Assembly (NCBI GenBank): GCA_029953675.1
Contig: JAMWBK010000001.1
Coordinates: 682,001-746,000, forward strand
DNA from: Rhodosorus marinus CCMP1338
Lineage: Eukaryota > Plantae > Rhodophyta
DNA: 64,000 nucleotides
Direction of reading: 5' to 3'
Positions 50,032 to 61,799 of this stretch are shown piece after piece. Position 1 is the stretch's first letter. Each line of letters opens with the position of its first letter. The position numbers were made by a program, and so were the translations under genes. The notes under the pieces were generated by a model. The model worked only from the letters and a program-made list of their open reading frames with translations. It had not been told where the DNA came from and ran no database searches.

Positions 50032-51791
50032 ATGTCCATTTTGGATCTCAATGATGGATTGCTAGTTCAAGTTCTGTCCAAGTTGAGCTTCGCGAATATT
50101 TTCCGGACGAGTCGATGTTGTAAGCGTCTGTGGGGTTTGGTTTGGGAGAGCGAGGAGCTGTGGTACTACGTTCTCAAAGACTTCTTGGAGGAGGAGGTCG
50201 TGATTAGGCAGATCCTGGGGCTACTTGGGAGCTACAGGCTTTTGGCAAAGTTTTTAGTCAAGTACTCATCGTTGGAGGGAGTGTGGGCTGGAGATATTAA
50301 ACCTCGCGGGCAATTGCTTCGAGTTGAGTTTGAGGATGGGGCTCTCGTTGGCAAAACTTACGGCCTCTCTGTTGGTCCTCGCCTGGGAGTGCACAGACTG
50401 ATCAACAGACTGTTGTTCAAGCTGGAGCCTGAGAACCACAACAATGAGTTGAAGGTTACTTGCAAATGGTTCCGTCAGTCTCAGGATAGTGCTGGTGGTG
50501 AACAGGGTCAGGGGAGTAGTGATTTACCTGACAACGATGCTGAGGATGCTATTCCCGAGATACGAAGCGATGAGTTCACGCTTATTCGGTCCGGTAAGTT
50601 CTCCCTGTACATGAATCACTGACGAGCGGCCGAGAAACACATTAATCGAAGCCATGGAGGGAGCTGATTCGTGTACTCATGGCGCTCTACTTGAAATCCT
50701 AACTGTGTGATGTTTTTCAGCGGAAGAAGACCCGGGTGAGATTCTCACTAATCCGCGTAACGTCTACGTAAGATACATTTCTCGGGGAGAATTGCCACCA
50801 GAACGATTACCTCGGAAAACGACGTATCGTCGCCTAAAGTACGAAATACAGCAACAAAGCGAAAACCCGTCTGATGCAGAACACGAAGACAAACTAAAAG
50901 AAGGCATGTACTGGGCTCTCTATGGTAAGCCTATCTAAGAAATACAACCTCAGCGACACCCAGTTCAACTCATTCTCCTGTGCACTTTCTTTCATAGGGT
51001 TACACGGACCAGAAATCATACTCGTAAGCAACAGGCTTCAGGACACAACGGGAATCGAGCTTTATCTGCTAAGCACTCCGAGATTCTTTGTGTACCCCAG
51101 GTCACTTACAACGAGAATAGTATGATTGAAGGCAGGAAGATTACTGGAGATCTCAACGTACCATGCGGACAGGTCTCCTTTTCAGTAGAAGTGGACTGCC
51201 TACGTAGTTATCAACTTCCGCCCGAGACAGTCGCAGTTCGACAGGCTTTGCTGCAGGCTGCTGGTGATGAGATTACACATATTCACTCGTAAGCATATCG
51301 TTCCTGGGTCGACTAAAGACAATGTGTGCTCCGGCTAGTAGAGTCATCGGCGACCTTCATTCACGTCTTGTTCTCGCGGAGGACGCATGACAGAGAGCAT
51401 GAAAGTTGTCCTATGGCGCTACGGTCGAGCGACGCTTAAATATTGGCGCGATTCGCGAGAGGGTTGCGAGCGTGGAACTGAGCTTCACTTTTGTTCTAAT
51501 GCAGCGGGGTGGGAACAGTCGCGGAAGAGTACTTCAGACATCCGCGGTTGACAGTAGCTGAGCTGCTGAGGTATGGAACTTGTTCTCTAGTTCTCTCCCT
51601 GTTCATGAGTCCTGAGGTTCACTTGGTTATCGTATTCGTTTTACTCGACCAGGTTTAGAAATGACAACTTCGCGGTACTTTGGCTGGAGCTAGGCAACCC
51701 AATCTTTTTCAGGCCCCTCAAGCTCCCGGAGTATGGAGAGGTAGGAAGAAGGTTCTTGGAGAGCATGGCGTCCGGACCTCCATTCTCCTAG
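50032..51791 (+). CDS. F-box protein with FBXO31/EXECUTER-type (DUF3506) C-terminal domain, multi-exon
   Basis: F-box ILDLNDGLLVQVLSKLS..RCCKRLW; EGMYWALYGLHGPEIIL, EGRKITGDLNVPCGQVSF, GVGTVAEEYFRHP, FAVLWLEL. Confidence 0.75.
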
Positions 51792-51948
51792 TGGTGTAGT
51801 GAAGTCTTTGTATGTATTATAATGCACCTGGCATCAACGAGAAACCTGTGGCGTGAAGGTCGGAAAATTACATAACCGTGACGCAAGTTTGGTCTTCAGA
51901 CTCACGGGCTTCTGCTTTGGCTCAGGGCAGGTTAACAATGATCGACAG

Positions 51949-52898
51949 CTAATCGGAAAGATCCTTTCGATAAACAAGATCTTGACGTTTCGTGCTATGA
52001 GCAACATATCGCGCCGCAACAAACAGGTAGTCCGATAGCCTGATGTTCGAATTTCATTTAGGCAGAATTTTTTGTGAGATGGATCCTTGTAACTTGAACA
52101 TTATCGACCGCTATGCGTTGAAACGTAGGCCATAGAAGTGTCTCTTTTGTCGAGACTTTCGTACCGATTGAAATAGATTGCGACGTCTCCATTCAACTGG
52201 TTATCGCGGACGAGTGGGTACATCATTCTCTCAGCATGCCTCACAGCGGTCCTCGCCATGTGTACGTGTGCGGAGGGTACTCCTCCTCCTGGAAGGATAA
52301 ACTGGTTCAGCTTGGGGAGGTCCTGATCCATTTCATCAATCCACTTTTCGAGTTGCTGAATCTGCGGGATTGGTAAACATCAGCGCCGTGAGATGAATAG
52401 CTTTAATTTAACACCGCCTGTGCGGGCTTTTGACTATCCAGCCGACCATCCCCACCTTTTCAGTCCGGAAAGATACCATGCTCTGCTTCTGCTTTGAGGA
52501 AGAGTCCAGAGGTGTGGCGACCGCGGCTCCAGCATCAAAAAGTGTATGTTGAATGGCCTCCAGTTCCCTTGTCCGTCGGGGATCTTCAACGTGCTCCCTA
52601 GCCAAGCCCACGCGTGCGTTGGCCTCGTCTATCGACCCCAGCACTGCGAAAACGTGGTCATCCTTGTGCCTACGTGATCCTTTTTTATCGTCGTCTTGGA
52701 CCACTTAGCCTACTGGAAGATTGTGATTCAAGATGTTCTACGAGAATTCGACCACGCACCGTTGAACAAGCTCGTTGTGCCTTGATCTCCAGTGCGAGTG
52801 TAGACCTTTGACTTCGGTGCAGCACCACTTTGCCCCTCCTTCACCTTTCTAGCAGTATCTGCAGCTCTTAATCCCGATTTGGAAACGAACCTGCGCAT
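51949..52898 (-). CDS. MMAB: Cob(I)alamin adenosyltransferase (PduO/MMAB type), probably mitochondrial
   Basis: KVYTRTGDQGTTSLFNG, GSIDEANARVG, IQHTLFDAGAAVATP, FILPGG, RTAVRHAER, NRLSDYLFVAAR. Confidence 0.93.
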
Positions 52899-53862
52899 AT
52901 TGCAATCAGTTCTAAGCTACCAAAATTAAGACCTTGAACAATCTAGGATAGATGCGAACGCAAAGCGACAGAACGATTTTCTCTCCGAGGTTGCCCGCCC
53001 GAGACGTGGCTTCTAATCCTATTTTGGACCCGCCAAAGTCTGCCCTCGACTCCTCAGCGAATTTCCAAACCTCACGCTGAAAATTGTTCTCGACTGAATA
53101 CCCTTTCGTCTTTCAGTGCAGCCTGCGGTCACGGAAGCAGTCTGTGAGCCAAGTAGCCCAGATCTCCCTTCGACAAACTAACCACCGATTCTTCTCAAGA
53201 TGATCTCAACGAGTGCTTGGGCGGATATCCACAAAAGCGGCCAAAGCACGTCGAAGTGACAATGGAGCGGACAGCATGACCCCAGTGGAACTTGGCCAAG
53301 GTGCTTGTGATATTTTGAGAGCTTTCTCTAGGCCAACCTTGGCGTTCTAGGTTCAGAGTGGACGGTTCACTAGTTCACAGAGTGCATTTTGCTCTGGACG
53401 ATCGAGGTCCTCTAGCATTATACTTAAGCTGACTGCTCAAGTCGAAGGGCCATCCAAAAGCTTCATACAGATTCACAAAGAGCCTGCTGGAAAGCAGTGT
53501 TCGTCCTCCTTCAAGACGCAGCCGAAAGCGTCGCCAAAGGCCTCACCTTTCGTATTCTGAGTAAAGACTAGAACTAATTCACATCTACACCATGACAAAG
53601 AGGCCCAGACGCTCAGTCGAGGTAGTGCCTTCGTCAGGCACGAATTCCATCCTTGAGACCCGTGTGCAATTACAACTCTTCTTTCAGTTCTGAACTTATA
53701 AATACAAACTCGAAAGGCAAATACTAGGGGGAGTTAATTCCATCACTACTGCTTCAAACCCATGCATTGCGTAAGGTCTCCTCGGAACTCATCAGTGACG
53801 ATCGAAGTGCGGTGAAGAGCGGTTCTAAACACTGGCTTGCAAAGGTGCTATAAATGAACTTT

Positions 53863-54959
53863 CTAATAGGAGAAAAATTGATCGACCACCTCTACTGGTA
53901 CATAGCTCCATGTGGGTGAAGTATTAAGCCTCAGAGTGACCGCGGTGTCCCATCTTGGAGTTGAAGGTAAGCCTGTAGTCCATTTGAGAGATTGCGGGAC
54001 GTTTCTGGTTCAGTTGGTGGGTTTGTTGATCACATTTGAGCGTACAGATTGCATTATTTGGCGGAAAAACTCACCGCTCCGTGGCTTAATCGGTTGTTGG
54101 AGGAATTTCCTAACAAACCATGCTTGATCAACTGAGTTGAGCAAGGAGCTCACAAGGTTTAGCTTTTTGAGGTACTCCTCCTCAGAGTGAGGGAAGATTG
54201 ATTCTCCAAGAGCAGGGTGGTAGATGTTGAATGCAACCTGGCGACGTTCACTACCAAACGGTTGAGATTGCAGAATAGCCATATCATGGTACTTGCCATA
54301 CTTGGAGAAGCAGAGTTCGGCCAGGGTACGTCCTGCATCGGTAAGACCACAAGAAGCTTCAGTGGAGGTGTAATTGACGCACAGAAGCACTGGAAATCCA
54401 AGCGCACCATCCACAAGTCGCAAATCCTCGTCCTTCGGAACTTCAGCCCAGTCGGCCATCTTTTGAATCGCCAAGTTGAGACTGCTGTCCAGCTTCGCAG
54501 TGGTTTCGGTGACGTACAGTGCTCCCGTCTTAGCCTTGGCTGCTTTCCGTTCTTCTTCAGCGCAACCTAAGCCTGACAGAAATTCCTCAGTGAGGGCATA
54601 ACCAGACAGAACGTCCTTCTCCGCGCCCCATGACAGCGAACTTTCGCGGCGGTTGAATGCCTTGCCCTGCTTCTTTGGGGACCATTTCTTCTCCTTCCAG
54701 CCGTAAGTGAAATTCCAAAGCGTCTAGTCCACGGCAGGCACAAGAGAACACAAAGCAGGACAGGCATTCAGTCTCCCCATTTCCAGGGCAAAACCAGACA
54801 GCCTCTTGGGGTCATCATTACCTCGTCAATCTTCTCCCATACAGTAGCAGGCTTTTCACTGCTCTCAGCGCAAACCACGCCAGGCCTCCTGCAAGCTGAA
54901 CTCGGCCTAACCTCACCTCTACCGCATCCAGCAACTGACACAAACCCAGAACCGTCCAT
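53863..54959 (-). CDS. DUF3067-like protein with plastid-type transit peptide (3 exons)
   Basis: MDGSGFVSV transit peptide; GRTLAELCFSKYGKYHD, SIFPHSEEEYLKKL..V..LLN, PRSG..AVTLRL follow the DUF3067 pattern. Confidence 0.6.
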
Positions 54960-55410
54960 CGTTGCCCCTCCCCCCCCCACCGCTGCAAAAGCAAAAAACC
55001 TCACGACCTCAAACAAAAAAACTCCCCCAACCCCTTACACACTCATCGTCTCAGATAGCAGAGACCCTCCCCCCCCCAAACCCAACTTGCTCCAACAACT
55101 TATCACAGGCTCCCGCCTCTTTCGTCAAATATGAAACAAGAGAAGTGGCGGGAAAGATTACCCACTAGGTCACACTTTTATCCTTTTCCATCTCCTCCTC
55201 CCTCCCTCCCTCCCACTTCACGCCAGAGTCCTCCCCCGCCTTCTGCATCACGAGCAAGATGACTTCCGCAGGTTTTCCTGAGGACAACACGGTATCCACG
55301 AGTCATCTTTCAAGATCGGATATTTGACAAGATCGATAAGAAAAACTCCATAAAATAAAAAAAAACAGGCCAACGGAATTTTGGCCATTGTTCCTTTCTC
55401 TCCCCCTAAC

Positions 55411-55632
55411 ACGACCGGAGAGAGCAAACTCGATAAAACAAATGAAAAATTTGCGCCGACCGCTAACGCTTTCAATACGCGACCAATGTCATTTGCTTTT
55501 CTCCTGTTTTTTCACGAACACAGAAGCAAATGCGTCATCTATCGCGACCGGATGAGGAAAACTTCATAAAACGAATTAAAAAAAATCTGGTCAGCATATC
55601 CGAACTTAACGACCAATGTTCCGTTTCTCCTT
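55411..55632. repeat. Decayed tandem duplication, ~133-bp period
   Basis: CGACCGGA..AAACT..ATAAAAC.AAT and CGACCAATGT..TTTCTCCT recur at ~55411/55544 and ~55480/55611. Confidence 0.7.
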
Positions 55633-55932
55633 GCTGCAACGAAATAAATTGGATTAGCTATCACGTAAAAAATAAAAGAAAAAACCTGGGCACTCAATTT
55701 TCGTGTTTCAAGAGAAAAAATTGGGAGTGAAAAATATCCCTGAAAAAAAAAACTACAATTCAGGGACATGGACGGTCAGTATTCTTATATTTCAAAGAAA
55801 ATATGCGTTGCAAAAATATCCAGAAGGCGAATTGAATATTTTTATTCTGAATAATATCCTCCCCGCCTTGGAATTATTTTAATCATTTGTTGTTTTGTAG
55901 ATACAGATTTAGATATGATTGGTCAAAGTTTT

Positions 55933-58900
55933 CTAGTATGACCAATCAGTCAGAGTGTTTACTCTTGTTTTAGCTTTTTTTGGTTCAGAAAATTTTTTCC
56001 TGTCCCAGAAGAGTCGTTCTCGTCCCATTCGGTAAGGAGGGAGGGGAAGAAATGCGTGGAGTACGGCACCATAGGAAACGTACCACCACTGAGATCGGAT
56101 GCCTGGAGAACGTAAATCCATGGCAAGGCTGAGAAGGGTTTCCATATGAAAGCTCGTTGATCTTCTTGTTCCAGGAATCTAGACTCGTAGCGAACACTTC
56201 TTGAGCGAACGCTTGTGTAAACGGGAACCTCTCAAGAACCCCGGTGAACAAGGAATTTGACCTGGAGCCGAGTGAAACCACTCTACACGGTCTCCAATGA
56301 CAAAAGATCGCGGGGATGAAACCTGCTGAGTCTATGCCAGAGGTATTTCTAATCAGATTCAGGGATAAAACCTGCAATGCAGATTCAAACCAAAAGAAGC
56401 TTAGCTCTTTTATGGCATTCCCTTTGTTCTCTTTCTTCTTTTCTCCCGGTTCTCAGCGAACCCTGAACCCGGTAGTTCACCAATATCCCTGATATCCTTT
56501 TTGGGGAAGATCTGCTTCTAGATCGGCAGATGTATCGTCATCATTTCGTAAAGTAATCATACTCTGGTCGTCTGTGTCAACTTCGGACTTTCACAGCTTC
56601 CCATGTTAGTGGCGAAAGCATCGAAGATGCATGTCCGGATTTCAGGGTGGGTGAAAAACTCGTGGCTGGCGTCAATATGCCAGAATCGTTCGAATAGCCA
56701 GCAGAGATTCTGAAGGGACAGAGGTTGATCAGAAGATTTACTCTGTAGTTCACAATCTTTAAGCAAAAAGTGTTCAGATTAGTCCAAAACAATTTGGCGG
56801 ATTCGTTTCGTCGACGTTTGATGTCACGAACATGCTTGTTCCCTCGGACTGTTAACGAGTGAAGGCTTCCGTGCCGGACAGAACTTCATCCCCTGCCTTC
56901 CTTTTTAGACTTTGGCTGAAGTTGCTCAATGCATTGGGTGCGAAGGAAACGTGCTCTGGTTCAACGCTTATTTCATATTTTTTCTTAGGCAAAGGAAGTT
57001 CTTTCCAAACTTGGTTTAACTTATGGCTGGCTTTCTTATCGACTACGACGCAGATGGCGCCAAACCTTTGATTTCGATGCTTTGTGTTCTAGTAGATATG
57101 AGCTCATAAAAATGCTGCGTTCCAGAACCAATCTTACGCGTCTTGCACTGGGCCTACAAGAACTCTTAACCTGACCTTCATGCTCCTTCGATTTCAAAAC
57201 CAGCAAAGCACGGGACGATTGCGAGATTGACATTTACAGAGTTGTTCCTCCGAGACCGTGGCCGAGGTTCGATTGCTCCGCTCTGCAATGCAGAACCCTT
57301 CAAAATATATACAGTATGAAGCCAGCTAACCGGTTCTTTTCTTGCCGAAAATACCTCTATGAAATTTTTGAACCACAGTACCCCTCTCAGCCCCATAGTT
57401 TTCCTCCTGCTCGGGCTTGCTGAAAATATCTAGAGGAGCAGAAGAAACGCTTCTACCTTCAGCGATCTTGAACAGCTGACCCACAAGAATATGCGCAGTG
57501 ACCTACTTATTCGGGATATGAGCGCCTGACCCTGTGACTGAATCTCCAAATGTTTCGGGTAATCATTGAGTGCCCGACCCACGGAATCGATCACGTTAAT
57601 GTCCTTAATCCGCTGCACAGCTGGTTCAGCATTCGCTAGATTCACTAGACAGGCAATCCCATGCTCCAAGACTATCAAGTTCTCCGGATATCCAAGGAAG
57701 GAAAGCACTAGTCTTTCTATGACACCAGACTCAATCTGAACCGTATGCACAACAACAATCCTGCTTTGAGTACGTCTGCCAACATGACTGCAAAACGAGA
57801 AGCAAACTGGAGTTTTGCGAGACGGTGTATTTGGATGGCTTTTTGGGTACCTGCACGTGACGGTTCAAATCACATCTATCGGCCATATTCCTCAAACACC
57901 GACACCCTTGCTCCTGTACATCTTTTGATTCCAGAAAGATCGACATGGCTTCGACGACCATCTTAACAGTCCCGTTTATTGCAGCCGCGTTCTTGTTCGG
58001 AAGGTTGTCAATTGTCGCGTTTGAGAGCACCCTCATACAGTTGTTGATGATTAGTTCAACTATCGCCCGGGATTCAGACCCAATCTGAAACAGCACGGAA
58101 ACTGGGCATTAGCTGATTTGGCAACAACCAGGTCTGAGGAATCAACTTGAACTTACTCCGCTCAGATAATGGTTAAAGCAATCAGCGACCGCGTCCATCC
58201 CTTGGAACCGATCCATATCGTCCCGGTTAGCAGCTTCAAAAAGAATGAAGCGAAGGGTGAGCAATGCGCTATTCGCAACTTCGGGGATCGCCTTGGATCT
58301 TCTCAGGGCACTTATTATCAGTTTGACACCTCCGATCCTGCCGACTCTTTGGCAAGCCGATTCATCGCGCTGTGCAAGTGAATCTGTTTGGTTCGATTTA
58401 GAAGCGCATGTAAGGGCACCACTTGAGCCTGCTACCCATTGCTAGGACACAAAACCCACGGACTTACGTAAAATTTGCAAGCAATTGAGCTGTACACCTG
58501 GAAACTTTGACTCAGCCCCCAAAATATCAACCACGATATCTACAACCGACTCTTCTCCTAGTATCTCCTTGTACACATCTCGATTCGTTTGCGCAATATT
58601 CTGCAAGGCACAGAGAGCTTGGTAGCGAGTCTTTCTCTCTTTAAATCGCCTGATGGCAGCCAACAGGCTTCCGACAGTCCCTGAAGTTAAAACAATTCAA
58701 ATTCCGTTAAGTTCGGATCCAAACCTGTACTTTCAAGCGTACTAGTCTGCTTCTCATCGATAGACAGGTTGGCATTGCTCTCCATACCTAAGTCAATCAA
58801 GGTCCGAGAATTCGCGACTTCTGACGCAGTCAAGTTACGAATGACCACGCAACTTGAATAAGCGATCCCGATATCCTCGGAATCAACGAGGTTACGTACT

Positions 58901-59607
58901 GCCCGCACGCATCCCGTCCGTGCCGCAAGGCTTTTCGCAGTCTTGGACCCATTGCAAACGTTCGCGATCAGGGCTAGGCAGTTCTCCAGCACTTTCTTAT
59001 CGGAGCTGTAGTCTGCGAACAAAGTGGAAACGAATTCTATGCATCCATGATTCAAGGCCATAGCACGAGGTTTCTCCTCGGTACATCCTGCAACCAAGCA
59101 ACTTGATCCACGAGTCACAATTTCTAATGCAGTACAAAGGGCATGCCCGAGCTGAGAAAACCGAACGTTTCAAGCTTTGAACAAACATCTTGTTGTTCGT
59201 TGCGTACCTAAGTCGCCTTTGAAGTTTCTAAGCAGTTGCAGAACCCGCAAGACTGGTACGTGGGAGTTCAAAGACTTTCGATCCTTGCAAAGATACTGCA
59301 ATAAATACAAGTAGTTCCTGGCTACGGTTTCATTCTCCAGATTGTTCCCATCCGTGATCTTTGTGGCCTCATCCACGACGTCGCGGACGAGCTCCAAGTC
59401 TTTGGTTTTAGCGATCTATTCGAGATGAGCAGAAGCAACAGAGATGGAAATGTTTATTTGGGTCAGTTGGCTTTCAGAACATTGCGAAAACAGGAAGAGT
59501 GGAGTAACACTTACGCCACGGAAACATCTATGTAACGCGGCCCTTCTCTCCAGGTCCGAATCATAAACACTCTCAAGGAACCGCTTTGGCATGTATTCTA
59601 CTTCCAT
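55933..59607 (-). CDS. Armadillo-repeat protein with unrecognised C-terminal region (many exons; boundaries approximate)
   Basis: ARM-like units: KVLENCLALIANV, YSSCVVIRNLT, YQALCALQNIA, DVQEQGCRCLRNMA, LEHGIACLVNLA, GVIERLV; GT-AG introns between ORF pieces. Confidence 0.7.
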
Positions 59608-61799
59608 AGCTGTCTTTAGATCCAAGCTCACAACCCCCTGAGAGCACCATCAGAAACCGCCATTACGACTTATGAGTCGCCATTCCCTCCAAAGCACGAA
59701 CTCTTCGCGCTTCGCGCGTACTCTCAACCTCTGCTAAGTCGAGGCAAAACAACCATAGCCAACAATAATGACCTTGCTTTAGACCCAGGTGAAAAGCTGC
59801 CCCAACAATAAAAAGAACGGGTCTTTCAAATTCCAAAAGCTTTCCCAGCCGACCACTAAAACAATATTAGCAAACGACGAATTCGGGTTCAACTTGAACC
59901 AACCAAAAAACAAGCGTTAAGCCAGCCAATTCTCCTCTTCAAAGCAAAGGGTTCGTGCACAGGACCCGTCTTCACTACTAAACACTACAAAAGCATTCCA
60001 ACCACACCCAAAAAGGCTCCTCAATCCTCTCTCTGACAGCAATTCAATTCACCCAAAACAAAAACCATTAGCCAGACTCATTCTCTTTCTCTTTCTCTCT
60101 CCCACTCTCTCTCTCCCCCTCGCGCTCTTTCTACATCTCTCTCTGAGAGCCAATCAAACAAAACGAAACTCAGTCTTTATCAAGTTCAGCGTCTCATGGA
60201 TGGAAACTAGTCCCTCCGAAACTCATACCGAGCTGATTCCCCTCCTCGAAGCTATTATCAAGAGCCTCACCTTCCCTTGCAAGTAATATTGCCATCAAGA
60301 AGCTATATCGGCAGAATCAACAAAAACAAAAAAGACACCGCTCGCTCTGCGCTCCATCTTCCCCACCTTACCCGAAAGCAAAGAAACACAGAAACACATC
60401 ACAAGGAATGATGACCCTTTTTTGGTCTTTTTAACGACGACTAAGAAGTAGCAATCATCCAAAAGGCCGAAAATCAAAGAATAATCCACCAAAAAATCAA
60501 AATTTAGAGCATTCCAGTTTAAATCTAGGATATGTGAAAATTGTACGAAGGCCCTGGTCATTTGGAATTCATATCGGTGGCGTAAGAGGGGTAAAGAAAA
60601 ATAGCATCGTATGAATCATTGTATAATGAAATAAAAAAGTCCTTTTGCTGGCAATATAAATGATTTACGGGGGGAATAGGACCAGTTGCTGTCTTTTAGA
60701 AAAGTTTCCGTTTTTTAAGAGCTTTCCAAGAAAGAGGTGCGTTTGTCAGTAATAAAACCTCGCTGTACATATTTCTCGATTGTCCAGTATTTCAAGATCA
60801 GCATTTGTTTATCCCCGGGGTGGTGCGGTCTTAGAAATTGTCAGATCAATATTTAAAAATTAATGACGTGAAAAATCTGCTCGGATGTAATTGTGAGCAC
60901 CCCTCAGCTGAGTTGCCTCTGTCGTATGAGCATGTCCGTTTTGATGAAGAAAATCAAAGTATTCTAATTTGTTTTAAAACAAATAGGCACGACGAGGTTG
61001 TTTTTTGTTTACTACTTACCCCATCTATTTGATTTTCTAAAGAAGTTACGAATATACTGAATAATATTAACACTTTCCGTTCGTTGCTTGTATACAACTG
61101 GTCCGCAAAAAATGTATTTAGATATATATAGTACGTAAAGAATTATAATTGGATTAAAATAATTTAGACAAGATGGATTGGATAATAGTTGCGCAAACGG
61201 CCATTTATAAATGACCATCTGTCCATATACTTTTATTATCAAGATACAAAATCTCGATTTTTTTTTGAGCGTTTGATGATTTTGTGTGTCGTTTCGATGG
61301 AGGATCTGGCGATCACGGCCGTGAGGCTTCAGCGAGAGGGGAGGGTCTAGCCGTCTTTTGACAGTCTGTCCTAAGCGATTACCTGTATGAGAAGTTTTAA
61401 GCGCTGCATTAACCTTAAACTTCTACTTCACACCTTTGTCATCATTGATTCTCACGAGGTGTTGACCCGCCCTTCGCTCCCGCATCCGCATCCTGTCCTC
61501 CTCTAGAGTCACATGGGAGGTCTGCGCCCTGCTTCTGAAACAATGTTTTGATGAATCTCTCGCCAAGATACGAGAAAAATAACTGGACTACTTGCGATAA
61601 ATACTGAAATCTTCAGCACACTGGCTTGATGTCCCCTCCGGATGCGGCATGGGGGTGAACCCTGGCGATCGAGGTGATGAAGGTTAGGAAGTTGCGTTCT
61701 TGGATAGTCTGGATTTTTGGGTGGGTTCAGTTGGTTGTCAGGGAGCTCTAGTAAATGGACTGCTCGTGGGTAGAGATCTGAAGAAAGATAAGAGCAAAG

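Noticed and set aside
37247-52898. Functional gene cluster (cell-cycle: Sororin-like, SAPS, FBXO31-like; or mitochondrial: IMP1, MMAB, SURF1)
   Set aside because: Genes are interspersed with unrelated ones on both strands with no shared upstream motif seen; proximity alone is not evidence in a eukaryote.
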